A DNA stretch of 64,000 nt from the human T2T-CHM13v2.0 reference genome, Homo sapiens, in NCBI RefSeq assembly GCF_009914755.1, contig NC_060938.1; one strand, written 5' to 3'. Made by a program: the position numbers and the translations under genes. This document shows positions 13,571 through 27,199 of this stretch, piece by piece (position 1 is the first letter of the stretch; each line of letters opens with the position of its first letter). The notes beneath the pieces are model-generated. The model was given only the letters and a program-made list of their open reading frames with translations, made no database searches and was not told where the DNA came from.

Positions 13571-13993
13571 AGTGAAGAATGTGGTCTCAAGAACTAATTT
13601 CTATTATTAACTATGACTTTGAAAAAGTCCATTTTATGTGATGTTTACTTATAAAGAAACATAATTATAATAATTATATTCAAGCTCAGACATTACTGAA
13701 AAATGAAGAAAGTCCCTTAAAACTCATTCTCCAAACAGTACCTATTCTTCTTCTTTTCACTTGAAAAGATTTTAAAATGTTTCAAGAAATGTGTGAGGTC
13801 TTTAATTTATTTAAACCTTTCTGCAATTTCTTTTGTTCCTTCCTTGGGCCACTGAATCTGTTATGTGAAAAGTCATTGCTGACCCCCAATCCAATTTCAG
13901 ATCTTTATCTCTCCAAAGACCTTATATTTTAATTTGGGCAATTTTAACCCTTCCTATGACTTTATCTACCTCTAGTCTTCTAATATTGCTTTA

Positions 13994-14155
13994 TTTTATT
14001 TTATTTTATTTATTTTATTCTATTTTATTTTATTTTTTAATAGACATGACCTCACTTTGTTGCCTAAGCTAGTCTCAAGCTTCTGGCTTCAAGCAAACCT
14101 CCTGCCTCGGCTTCCTAAAGTGCTGGGATTACAGGCATGAGCCACTGCGCCTGGC
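13994..14155 (-). mobile_element. Free left Alu monomer (FLAM_C-like) with (TTTTA)n tail and TSD
   Basis: Single arm only. TSD taatattgcttta (13981-13993) and tattattgcttta (14156-14168). Confidence 0.88.
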
Positions 14156-15627
14156 TATTATTGCTTTACATCACTTCTAAATCAAAACCTCCAGCCATAG
14201 CCTTAGACTTGATAGTATTTCTGAAACTTTCAGATGCTTTTGGACATTTTAAGGTATGCTTAATACTAGACACAATTTAAAATATTGTCAAAGAAGGAAT
14301 TTCTCAGGCTGACTAGTTGATTAAATTTTATTAAATTTTAATAATAGCTTTAATTTGTAAAATTGAGGGGGACATTTTGTTTTGTTGACTGAAACACCTT
14401 TGTCAAATCCTCCTTATCTCTATTACAATACTTCCTCAGAAATTAGAAAAATCAGTAGTCTTTTATTGTAATTTTCACCCTTAAAGATTTTGTTCACAAA
14501 TCTAATTGCTTTTCAATCAAATTAAATCTTATTTATTCCAGAAGTTTCACTAACATATTCCACAGCTCCGTCTCTGACATGTACATAATCTGAAAATTTT
14601 ATAAATGATTTCTGTAGCTACATTGTCCTTCTTCAATATACATAAATTTATCTAAAATCCAGATCATCAAACACTCTATTGTTTAACTCAAGTTCCCTTG
14701 GGAAACACTTAGGAAAATATCTAGTGTCTATACTCTACTGTCTTGAACTAAGTCAAATTTTTATGTAAATGATTATATCTTTCATCTTGCCAAATATACC
14801 ACCAAGGCTTTGGGGGCATAGACAATGGTTATTTTTCACTTTATGTCTGAAAAAGTCTAATATTTATCTTGCACTTCAGGTGCACAGTAATCATGAGACC
14901 AATGATTTTCTGTAATGCTTTTTGCAAAATTCTGTAATATTTTGAAAATATATTTTTTATTGGACAGGCAGGACAGATTGAGTAAAACTAACAATCAGGA
15001 GATAATATGCTTAGGGGCACAACTAGCATTCTGTGCCTTAACTACCTACTTATGTTTTGTTTGTTTGTTTTGTTTTTCTTAACCAGAGAAATTATTACAT
15101 TTTTTTCTGCAACAAAAGCAAAATAGTAATAAACATACACATGATCTCAAATATTTTATTTAGTCAAAATAGCAAAATATGTGTTTATGTATACAGCTAG
15201 CATAAATTGTCATATTTCTCTTATTCTTTTGACAGATCACATTTTTTTTCTTTTCTCCTATATTTGGACTACTAAAATTTAAGTCAACAAACAGGCTATA
15301 AATCATGCTTCTTTTTGGTCACATAAGAGGCTATAGTACTTTATATTGTATCACTACTGCATGAATTTTATTAGGATTAATCTGTTTGCAATTCCATTGT
15401 AATTTCATCAGGTTTCTAATTGATTCATTTTACTAGGTCTGAAAAAATTTATTCCTGATTCTATTACATAATGAGGTAATGCCTGTTGGCAACAGAGGAG
15501 TTAAGGTGTCCAGTGGTATTTCTATGTTTCCATAGGTTTAGTAACCACCATAAATAATTGTCAGATGTGAGACTAAAAGGTAAATTTTGACTTGAGATTT
15601 GTACTTGCATGTTGAATTTGTTCAACT

Positions 15628-16104
15628 TGAGGCAGGAGAATAGGTTCTGGGGGCAGGGAACTTAAGGACTTCCTAGAACTAAATCAAAGGGAGAAAACTT
15701 GACTTTTTATGGCCAAGTAAATAACTTTGCAGCTGTACTTCAACTATGACAGAAGACATCCTCTTCATTTGCCTAGGGTGTACACAAAGTAAATAACTTG
15801 ATAACCTCACTTCATTCTCTTCATTTGCATAGCGTGTACACCAAGTAAATAACTTTGTAACTCCACTTCATCCTCTTCATTTACATAGGACATACAGCAA
15901 GTAACCAATGAGAAACCTCTAGAGGGTATTTAAACTTCAGAAAATTCTGTAACTAGGCTCTTGAGACACTTGCTTGAGCCTGCTCACTTTGTGGAGTGTA
16001 CATTCATTTCAATAAATATGTGCTTTTCTTTCATGTCTTTGTTTTTGTGTTTTATCCAATTATTTGTTCAAAATGCCAAGAACCTGGACACATTCCACTG
16101 GTAA
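15628..16104 (+). mobile_element. ERV1 solo LTR, MER51 family (MER51B-like)
   Basis: Starts tgaggcaggagaataggttctgggggcagggaac. Internal repeats of about 56 bp, AATAAA at about 16011, ends gccaagaacctggacac..ggtaa. Confidence 0.85.
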
Positions 16105-16799
16105 TTTAAATTTTACTGCTACTTTTTTCAATTTGTAGATGTTAAATGGTGCCAATTCTCTAATTATATTCTTCAGAACTATGATAATTTTAGACAGCAT
16201 ATATTAGTTACATGGGATTCAAGTATTTTATATTCAGAAAGCAACAACAATATTTTTCTAAATTTTCTTTATTTCAGTGATGGAAAATCTCCATAAACTA
16301 TGTTGTTATTAAAAACTGTGTGAATTAAATTTTGTACAAACTTTTGTAAAATGCCAATCAAAATTTACTTTTCACTTAATGTTTCTGAATAATGTAGATT
16401 TGCCTGACAAGCATAAATCTAGTATTCATAAGAAAATACATTTTTATTGATGATCAAGAGTTAATATTTTTGTTGACTACACAATTGTAAATATCTAGCA
16501 TCAATCTATTTTATATCTTCAACAGATAATTTTGGCATAAAAGCACAAAATGCTAGGATTGACTCCATTTTAAGAATTAGTTAATCTGAGAGTTTTGCAA
16601 ACTCCATCTGGTAATTATGGTCCCTCACATTCAGTTTGGCAATAAGAGTATGTTAATATCTTCCACACAGAATAGAAAGTATCTACCAGAAGTGTTCATT
16701 ATACATGTATTAATAGAGATACAATAATGTTTGTCACATGTGCTGTCTGAATCAGCTTAACTAAAATCAACAAGCGACTGCATGTTTTTGAAGAGCTAA

Positions 16800-18070
16800 C
16801 CACTAACAAATAGTGGCAATGGTGTGGAACACGGGAATTCACATGTAAGTTGGTAAGACTGTAAACCAACAAAGCCAGTTAATCAACATCTACATTGAAT
16901 ATACAGCTTCTATTGATTCAATGTTTTTACTTCTAGCTTATATGAAAGAGAAGTTCTCAAATTTCTGCACAAAAAAATATGAACAAGTAAGTTTATCAAA
17001 CGAGTTTTCACACTAGAAAACAACTCAAAAATTTATTGTCCATTTATCTATTAGTTTGGTAGGGTTGCCAAAATAAAATACCACAGACTGATGGCTTAAT
17101 CAATAGAAATGTATTTTCTCACAATTCTGAAGGTTGAAAGTTGAAGATCAACATTGTGGCAGGTTTGGTGTCTCCTGTGGCTTGCAGACAGCTCCCTTCT
17201 CCTATGCCCTTGCCTGGCCTTTTCTCTGTTCATATGCATACCTGGTGTCTCTTCTTTCTCTTAAAAGACATCCATTATATTGGATTAAGGTCTTGCTCTT
17301 ATAACCTCATTTAATTTTAATTCCCCTTTTAAAAATTCTGTCTGCAAATACAGTCACATTGGAGGTGAGGGTTGTGACATATGAATTGGTGAAGGGCATA
17401 GTTCATAATAATCTACAAAAGTGAATAAAATGTTTGGTGTATTTATTTAATAAAATAGTCAACAACAATGAAACTAAGTAATATCAGTCAGCCAGAGATA
17501 AATTATTCTGTGGTAACCTATGACCCTTACTACTTTCAACAACTATATGTATCACTCTCTTACACTACATCCTAGGTTAGTCTCTGGTCTGTTCTCCTAC
17601 CTTTGCACTATGGAAATAAATAGAGATCCCTCTATACAATTCAAGCCTTTCAAGGAAGACAGGAAGAAGTTACAAAGATGGACCATCAATGTGCATTCTT
17701 TTCTCCACATTTCATTGCCCAAAACAACTTGAATGGCTACTTGTAACATCAATAGGACAGGAATAATTCATCTACTGGAGAAGTAGCAAATATATTACAC
17801 CCTACCACAAAAGGACTAAACTTTTCACTGTCAGTAGGGATAAATCTCACATGAAAGAGTGATAATAACAATTTGAAGATAAGAAGATAAGTATATTCAG
17901 TAAAATGTGGTAGCATAAAATATAACTGAATACTTTGAAAACATTTATTTACATAAAATCATAATAAGGACACGCAGGGGAGATGATAAATGCAAAATTG
18001 GGGATAGTGGTTAATTCTAAAGAGAGATCATGAAGATCATATATGTGGGGAAGTGGGCACATAGATGTTT
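16800..18070 (+). mobile_element. Fragmented L1ME-type 3' region, interrupted by MLT1B
   Basis: Degenerate ORF2-end/3'UTR motifs (aacaaatagtggcaatggtgtggaac.., gataaatgcaaaattggggatagtggtta). Resumes after 17412. Confidence 0.5.
17046..17411 (-). mobile_element. MaLR solo LTR (MLT1B-like)
   Basis: ttagtttggtagggttgcca..aataccacagactg, tattttctcacaattctgaagg, caaatacagtcacatt, acatatgaatt. Confidence 0.88.
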
Positions 18071-18119
18071 GTCATTTCACTCTATATATCTTCTTCAAGT
18101 TTATATATCTTCTTCAAGT

Positions 18120-18265
18120 TTTTGCTACCACAAAAAATAAAAAGTATTTGAAGTAAGGCATATATTAATTAGATTGATTTCGCCATCCCACAAGTTATAC
18201 TATATTGAACCATCATGTTGTGCACCATAAATACATATAATTATTTGTGAATTAAAGATAAATAT
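18120..18265 (+). mobile_element. L1MA extreme 3' end, preceded by a 19-bp tandem duplication (18083-18120)
   Basis: aattagattgatttcgccatcccaca..catcatgttgtgcaccataaatacatataa. The sequence tatatatcttcttcaagtt occurs twice. Confidence 0.7.
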
Positions 18266-18636
18266 GTATATATAAATAAAAGCATTATAAGAAACTGAAA
18301 TAGTTGTTACAAGAATATAATAATATGTTCATTAGATTTTCCTACATTTATTCCGGGTTTATCATTATTTTTATATTGAATTAAATCTGATAGAAAAAGT
18401 GTATATAATAAACTTTCTTGATTTAAGACTGGAAATTTATCAATTTGTCTGCTTTTACTGATGTATATTTCCTAGTCTGTGTGCAGCTTGAGGAGTTTTA
18501 GGACATACTTCTGCATGAACTGTGCCTAGAATAGTAGATAGATAATTAGAAATAAATAAATCTTCTTTAAATCTTCTGTTTTAAAATATTTTAAATTTTT
18601 AAAATGTGCAATGATTATTTTAAAAAAGAAAAAAGC

Positions 18637-18953
<317 letters not shown>

Positions 18954-19259
18954 CGTCAATTTAAAATTGTATTTGTCTGGAGCTGTCTAGTAATCATTTT
19001 GCTTTTTAATGTTTACTTCCTTGACCTTCTCATCACCAATGTCCTTTTATTCTACTTTGCTTCACTTATTAGCTCTGATGAACAAATCTTGTAATTGTCA
19101 TTTCTCTCTATTTATGTTATAGGTAAAAATTCTACTTCTGATTATTATCTTCTTATTTTGTCACAAATACCCAGCTTTGGAGCTTTTACATGTATGCAAT
19201 AAAGTAACAGAGGGAAGAAACTTGAAGACATTGCAAAAATGTTATTGAAGGGTGAACTA

Positions 19260-19663
19260 TAGTAAATACTCCAGTTAGTTATCAAGTAAACATTCCTCTC
19301 AATTTCTTAAAAACAAAATCTCATAGTTGGAGACAGCCTTAAGAAAATAAATCAAGATGGAGAGTAGAAGGCACTTGTGGGAAGCTTTTGTTTGTTTATT
19401 TACTAATAGGAAATCTCTATTTCTGTCCCTTCCTTCTTGCTTCAGATTTTGGTAAGAAGACAGTATTTGGGACTGCAGAATTCATCTTATAATCATGAAA
19501 GAAAAATCAAAATATTTGCATATACCTCCCTCTAGAGCCTTGATATTTTCGCCCTACTGAAAGAACTCTATCTTGAGACCTTTTATTGTATAAGGAAAAT
19601 TAATTGGTAAGCCACTAAAAGACATATATGTGTTTTATTTTAGCCAAAATCAATCCTGATGAC
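19260..19663 (+). mobile_element. Old MaLR LTR (MLT1K/L-like)
   Basis: gggaagcttttg, ggactgcagaattcatcttataatcatga, taagccacta, tagccaaaatcaatcctgatgac. Confidence 0.5.
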
Positions 19664-20873
19664 AGAATCAAAGCTAATTAGGTAGAAAAATCTAAAAGAA
19701 AAAATACATGATACACACATTTGGAACAAGTAGAACAGTAGGCGAAAATTAAGAAGAACTCCACTGAAAGCTGGGTTCACCAAATACAGTAAATTGATTC
19801 CAGAGTTAATTAATACATCAATTCAAGACAACAAACTTCAAATACACCTTAAGTGTTTCCTGGTTTCTATTAATTTTCTCTGTTTAACACACTCTTGAGT
19901 TTCCAGTGTTGATGTTCACTCTTTTCAAACTTCCATGTTTCACTCATTCTGATTCTGTTTTCATCAGAAGACAGCATCCTTTTTGAAAAGAGAAGCTCTT
20001 AAAAGAGAACTTTCTGATCATCACCAACATATCAATCTTAGAATCAATCATAGCTCCATCTTCCCCTTCCCTTCCTTTTTCTTACAACTCAGATCTTCTT
20101 CTTCCTCTTACAACCCAAATCCTCTTCTTCTTTTCATCTAAGGACAATGCTTCCACCGTTTCTTGAGGTTCCGTCCTTTCCTCCTCATCCAAAAGCAGGT
20201 TTTTATTCATCCATCCTCTCCTTTCAAACTCTCTCAACTGACTTTCTAAAAACTCCTAAATAATTTTTGTAAAGTATTGAAACAAATCTTTTGTCATTTT
20301 TTTTTGTTTGGTTGGCTGCCTTTAGCTTATTAATTTGTAGTTATTTTCATTTTCTTCATATATGTTAGATATTTGTATAATATTTTTAAAACTGTCAGAA
20401 AATTCCATAATAAACTCTTTTTCTCACTCTGTCCCATGTATTTGCATGTTTAAGTTTCTTATAGATGCTGGGTATTAGAACTCTGTTGAATGCATAGTTT
20501 GCAAAAATTTTCTCCCATTCTATACATTATCTATTTACTCTGTTGACAGTTTCTTTTGCTGTGCAGAACTCTTTAGTTTAATTAAATCTCATTTGTCCAT
20601 TTTTGCTTTTGTTGCAATTGCTTTTACAATTTTCATCATGAAATTTTTGTCTATGTCTATGTCCCGAATGATATTAATGTAGGTTTCCTTCAAGGGGTTT
20701 TATAGTTTTGGGATTTATATTTAAGTTTTTAATTTATCTTGAGTTGATTTCTGTATATGGTGTAAGGTAGGGGCCCACTTTTAATCTTCTGCATATGGCT
20801 AGCCAGTTATCCCAGCACTACAGAGCTTGAAGACTGTCTTTCTGAAATAAGTGGCAGACAAGAATACAGAAAA

Positions 20874-21503
20874 ATGAATAAAAAGGAATTAACAAAACCT
20901 CTGAGAAACATGGGATTGGGTAAAGGACAAAATTTACAACTGGTCCATGTACCTGAAAGAGATGGGGAGAAGGGAATCAACTTGGAAAACATATTTCAGA
21001 ATATGATTTATGAGAACTTACCCAACCTAGCTAGAGAGGCCAACATTCAAATTCAGAAAATGCAGAGAACCCTAGTAAGATTCTCCATGAGATCATCCCC
21101 AAGACACATCATCATGAGATTCTCCAAGGTCAAAACAAAAAAAAAAAAAAAGAAAATAGTACAAGCAGCTGGAGATATAGGCCAGGTCAACTACAAAAGG
21201 AAGCCCATCAGACTAACAGTGGATCTCTCAGCTGAAACTCTACAAGCCAGAAGAGATTGGGGGCCAACATTCAACATCTTTAAAGAAATGAAATTCCAAC
21301 CTATAATTTCATATCTGGCCAAACTAAGCTTTATAAGTGAAGGAGAAATAACATACTTTTCAGATAAGCAAATGCTGAGGAAACTTGTTACCACCAGATC
21401 TGCCTTACAAAAACTCCTGAAGGAATCACTAAATATGGAAAAGAAAGACTGTTACCAGCCACTACAAAAACAAACTAAACAACACAGACCAGTGACACTA
21501 TAA
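20874..21503 (+). pseudogene. L1 ORF1p remnant (RRM and CTD, 209 aa open frame, no N-terminus)
   Basis: LENIFQNMIYENLPNLAREANIQIQKMQRT...SPRHIIMRFSK...FQPIISYLAKLSFISEGEI. Confidence 0.9.
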
Positions 21504-22591
21504 AGCAACCACTTAAACAAGTATGCAAAATAAGCACCTAACATCATGATGACAGGACCAAATTTACACATATCAATACTAATCTTAAATTTAAATGGGC
21601 TAAATGCCCCAATGAAAACGCACAGGGTGGCAAGCTGGATAAAGAACCAAGACCCACTGGTATGCTGTCTACAAGAGGGTCATCTCACATGCAATGACAT
21701 ACATATGCTCAAAATAAAGAGATAGAGAAAAACCTACCAAGCAAATGGGAAACAGAAGAAAGCACGAGTTGCAATCCTACTTTCAGACACCATTGACTTT
21801 AAACCAAAAAAAGATCAAAAAAGACAAAAAGGGGCATCACATAATGGTGAAGTGTTCAATTCAACAATATAACCTAACTTTCTTAAATATATACTCACCC
21901 AACACAGAAGCACCCAGATTAATAAAGCAAGTTCTTAGAGATCTTCAAAGAGACTTAGACTCCCATACAATAATATAGGAAGACTTCAACACCCCACTGA
22001 CAATATTAGACAGATCACATAGACAGAAAATTGGCAAAATATTCAGTATCTGAACTCAGCAGTGGATCAAAAGGACCTGATACATATCTACAGAACTTTT
22101 CACCCAAAAGCCACAAAATATACATTCTTTTCATCTATACATGGCACATACTCTAAAATTGATCACATAATTGGGAGTGAAACAGTCCTCAGCAAATGCA
22201 AAAGAACTGAAGTCATAACAAGCAGTCTTTCAAACTATAGCACAATCAAATTAGAAATGGAGAATAAGAAACTCACTTAAAACCATACAATTATATGAAA
22301 ATTGAATAATCTGCTTCTGAATGACTTTTGGGTAAATAATGACATTAAGGCTGAAATCAAGAAGTTCTTTGAAAATAAGGAGAACAAAGATGCAACATAC
22401 CAGAATCTCTGGACACAACTGAGGTAGCATTAGGAGGGAAATTTATAGCACTAAATGTCCATATCAGAAATTTAGAAAGATCATAATTTAACAACCTAAC
22501 ACCATGACTAAGGGAACTAGAGAATCAAGAGCAAACCAACCTCAAAGCTAGCAGAAGACAAGATATAACCAAAATCAGGCTGAACAAAGGA

Positions 22592-22592
<1 letters not shown>

Positions 22593-22634
<42 letters not shown>

Positions 22635-22642
22635 ACACACAC
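22593..22642. repeat. (AC)18 TC (AC)6 microsatellite inside L1 ORF2
   Basis: Directly visible. Confidence 0.97.
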
Positions 22643-24329
22643 TCAAAAGATCAACAAATTCGGGACCTGTTTTTTTTGAAAAATTAATAAAACAGATAGA
22701 CCACTGGTTATACTGATAAAGAAGAAAAGATTCAAATAAACACAACCAGAAATATCAAGGGGGATATTACCACTGACCCCACAGAAATAACAACAACCAT
22801 TAGAGAATACTTTGAACACCTTTATGCACGTAAACTAGAAAATCTAGTAGAAATGATAAATTCCTGGACACATACACCTTTCCAAGACAAACCAGGAAGA
22901 AAATTGAAGCCCTGCACAGATCAATAATGAGCTCTGAAATTGAGGCAGTAATAAATAACCTACTAACCAAAATAAGCCCAGGACCAGACAAACTCAAAGC
23001 CAAATTCTACAGATGTACAATAAAGAACAGTCATCATTTCTCCTGAAACTATTCCAAAAAACTAAGGAGAAGAGACTCCTCCCTAACTTATTCTACAGGG
23101 CCAGCATCATCCTGATACCAAAACCTGGAAGGGACACATCAAAACCAACAAGCAAACAGAACTTCAGGCCAATGTCCTTTATGAACATTGATGCAAAAAT
23201 CCTCAACAAAATACTGGCAAACTTAATCTAGCAGCATATCCAAAAGCTTATCCATCATGATCAAGTAGGCTCTATCCCTAGAATGCAAAGGTGGTTCAAC
23301 ATACACAGATCAATAAATGTGATTCACCACATAAACAGAACTAAAGACAAAAACCACATGATTATCTCGGTAAATGCAGAAAAGGCTTTAGACAATATTC
23401 AACACTCCTTCATGTTAAAAACTCTCAATAAACTAGGTATTGAAAAAACATACCTCAAAATAATAAGACTCACAAATAACAAAAACCACAGCCAACATCA
23501 TACTGAATGGGCAAGAGCTGGAAGTATTCCCCTTGAAAACCAGCAAAAGTCAAAGATCCCATTTTTCACTACTCCTATTCAATATAGTATTGGAAGTTCT
23601 AGCCAGAGCATTCAGGCAAGAAAAAGCGTATCCAAATAGGAAGAGAAAAAGTCAAATTATCTCGTGTTTATTGGTGATGTGATCCTATATCTGGAAAACC
23701 CCATTGTCTCAGCCCAAAAGCTTCTTAAGCTGATAAACAACTTCAGCAAAGTCTCAGGATACAAAATCAGTGTGCAAAAATTGCTAGCATTGCTATACAT
23801 CAACAACAGTCAAACTGAGGGCCAAATCAGGAATTCCCACTCACCATTGCCACAAAAAGAATAAAATACCTAGAAATACAGCTAACTAGGGAGGTGAAAG
23901 ATCTTTACAATGAGAACTACAAACCAGTGCTAAAAGAAGTCAGAGATGACACAAATGGAAACATGTTTCATGCTCATGGATGGGAAAAATCAGTATTGTT
24001 AAAATGGCCATACTGTCCAAAACAATTTATACATTCAATGCTATGCCTATTAAACTACCATTGACATTCTTCACAAAACTAGAAAACAACTATTTTAAAA
24101 TTCACATGGAACCAAAAAAGAACATGAATAGGCAAGGCAATCCTAAGCAAAAAGAAAAAAGGTGAAGGCATCATGCTACCCAAAACTTCAATCTATACTA
24201 CAGGGCTACAGTCACCAAAGTGGTGGTACAAAAACAGACACATAGACCAATTGTACAGTACAGAAAACACAGAAATAAGGCTTCACACCTACAACTATCT
24301 GATCTTCAACAAATCTGACAAAAACTAAT

Positions 24330-24720
24330 GCTAATTTTATTACATTTCTTTTCTGAATTATCTAGATGATCATCAAATTTGCTTGTGGCGCATTACATTG
24401 ATTACTTTTCTAATATAAAAATGTCTCTTTCATTCCTAACACAATTGTTTCTGCTATCTTTTTGTTCTATATGATTGGATTCACTCTGCTAATATCTTCT
24501 TTGAAATATTTGTATATCCATCCATAGGAGAGATTGTCTACAATATTATTGTTTTGAAATGTTCTTTTCAGGTTTTGGTATAGAGATTTTACAGAGAAAG
24601 ATTGGTATTGTTTCTTCCTAATTGTTTAGAAGTACTTACTTCTAAAGACAACTAGACTTAGAGATTTAGGGGAATAGTTTTAAGCATGGGATTTAATATT
24701 TATTTTGTACCAGAATTAAG
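24330..24720 (-). mobile_element. Ancient L1M ORF2 fragment; a related piece lies at about 20280-20390
   Basis: ttggattcactctgctaatat..tccataggagagattgtctac..caggttttggtat. Confidence 0.55.
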
Positions 24721-26122
24721 AATATAAACTAAAATTTTGAGATTTCATACATACAAAAAAGTGCATTTCTCTACTCTTAGTTACGTATGAAGCTTAACTA
24801 AGTTTTTATAATAGAAACCTATACGCACAATAATGAAAGAACTGCCAATGCATTCAAAATGAGTCAAAGTAATAATATAGTAAGACAGCAATATTTTTAC
24901 ACATGGCATTATTATAATACATTATTTATAAAGATATTTTGAAGGATAACAGTCTGATTTATATCTTGCTAAAGAGTATCCAACCAGTGTGAAACAGAAA
25001 AAAACTTTGGTTGAATTAGGAGGATATTTGATAGAAGATGATGTAACAAATTGTTCTGAGAGATTGTGGTATATGTTCTATCAAGCATTAAAAAAAGAAA
25101 TCAAACAAAAAACATTTTAATATTTTGAATAATATATTCATGTTGTTCATCTAAACCTCTAGTTGTTATGTAACATCTTAAAGTATAGAAATGTCCTGTC
25201 TTAATTATCCTCTTAATTATTCTTTTAAGAGGTAATTTAATTTTAGATAAATTCTCTTAAAAAATGTAAACAGGAAAAATTGTTTTTCGTAAATAAAATA
25301 GCCACAGTATTTTCAAACCTATTTTTATTTATCTGTAGCCTCAGAGCCAGCAGAATAAGGTTTTTTGATACTCTAAAACAGAGGGAAAATAAGTTAAAGG
25401 AAAATATTATGCTATATGTTGGCAAGTTTTACCTGCTTTCATGAAATAAATTGAACATACCATTACATCATAGTCAAGTTATTACATACTTTTGTTTATC
25501 TATTACTGTATTACAAAAGGGAAAAGTACTACATTCACTGTATGTTAACAATGATAATACAGAAGGCGTAATATGAGAGAACAGTTCCAACACATTTGGA
25601 AGTGGAGTGCACTGCCAAGAATGTTTAGCTTTTACTGACTTGTAAGACTGGTTAATTTTACTGAAAGTTACTCTCTAAAACATTTCCAGCTTGACTGAAA
25701 ATGAATCAATATTTACTGATGAAAGATTACACAACTTTGAAAGAGGCAGACAAACTCTAAAATTGGTCTTTTACTACCTGAAAGAAACTCCCATCAGTGA
25801 ATAGTCTGTGGAATAAAGAACAAAATAGCATTACCTTTGACTTTTAATTGATTTTAGTTGCTGGAAGACACTAAACTAATCAATAACAGTAATAATGACA
25901 GGAACTAGGGTCTCATGTTTGGAAGTTCACTAAAAAATATTATGTGTATTCAAAGCAATGTGAAGGTAATAGGCATGAGGTCTCTACCATAAAACACCTC
26001 CCCCAATAGCTATGGTGACATGTAAATCAATATGAGCCCTAAGCAATGGAAGAATCTTCTAGTTGAGTACAATAGCAGAAAGTGGTGTTAAATATGAGAA
26101 TGAATGAGAATGAAAACTGAAT

Positions 26123-26600
26123 TTCAGTTATGCTGCTTTTGGCTGCAAGTACAGAAAAGCCAACTATAATGGATAAAATAAACAAGTGTATTTGCTCACA
26201 CAACTAAAAGTCCAGAGGTCACTGGATTCAATCTAGCTATATCCAGTAGGTCTGGGCTACATCTTTCCCTGTGAATTCCTCTGTGTTCATTCCTACAATG
26301 GTGTCCTTCATGAGAACAATCTAACGATGAAGGTCAAAGTTTCACAATCACAGAACACAAATTCATGAGGGTGAGATATATCTTCTGGTGGCTTTATTTT
26401 AGGAAACAGAAAACTTCTTTTGCCTAAGCTCCCAGCAAACCTCTCTTTCATCTCTCCGTCTCAGAGTCAGCCATACCCCAATCTTGAAGCTAAAGGAATT
26501 TTTGTAGTTAATTGACTTGGAGATTACTGCAGGATTTAGCAGGCTCATCCTTGGACCTGTGGGTGAAGTAAGATTTATTTTTTCTATGAAGGAAATATGT
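26123..26600 (-). mobile_element. Old MaLR LTR (MLT1K/L-like)
   Basis: tcagttatgctgcttttggctgcaagtacagaaaagccaact, gctcacacaactaaaagtccagagg, aagctcccagcaaacctctc. Confidence 0.65.
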
Positions 26601-26794
26601 CAACCGAAAAATAAATTAGTGTACTCCCAAAAGTAGAAGTGAAAAGAAAGTTTCATATGATGAGAAAGAAAATTATTACAAAACCCTATTTTTCAGCTCT
26701 CTTTACTGATATAATAAAAAATATACTCAAAAATGTAGATATAAGCTTTATCTATAAAGAGGAACTGTTAAAAAAAAAGTCCAGTATTCAGCTA

Positions 26795-27158
26795 AAATCT
26801 ATTCAACACATCCTATTCACACATTCAATTTCTAATGAGGTTCTTGTCACTGAGATTATATTTCATTTAGAAAGACAATCAATTCAATAATTAAGTGAAT
26901 ATGATAACCACATAATGTTAAAGATCTGTGTAAGAAATAAATAGAGAAATATGATAGGAAATAAAAGGTAGAAAGCCAGACTACTTTTTATAGAATGACC
27001 AAGAAAACATTCCCTGGGAAGATGACATTTAAGCTTAAACATTAAACATGAAAGTTGAAAAAGAGACGTAAAACAGTGAGTAGAGAAAGTTGTTTCAGAA
27101 AGAGAATACAGAAAGGGCAAAGGGCCTGAGGTGCCTGTGCGTGCACGCACACACACAT

Positions 27159-27199
<41 letters not shown>

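Larger units (their letters stand above)
20447..24325 (-). mobile_element. L1PA with twin-priming architecture: 20447-20820 ORF2 3' part on minus, 20821-24325 ORF1-ORF2 on plus
   Basis: ORF1 peptide 20874-21503 (KPIRLTVDLSAETLQARRDWG) and ORF2 EN/RT peptides. The two pieces are nearly contiguous in L1 coordinates. Confidence 0.93.

Noticed and set aside
20874-21503. 209-aa ORF as a possible domesticated L1 ORF1 gene
   Set aside because: Lacks the N-terminus and coiled coil, has an expanded poly-K run, and lies in a rearranged dead L1. An open frame of this length is plausible by chance survival.
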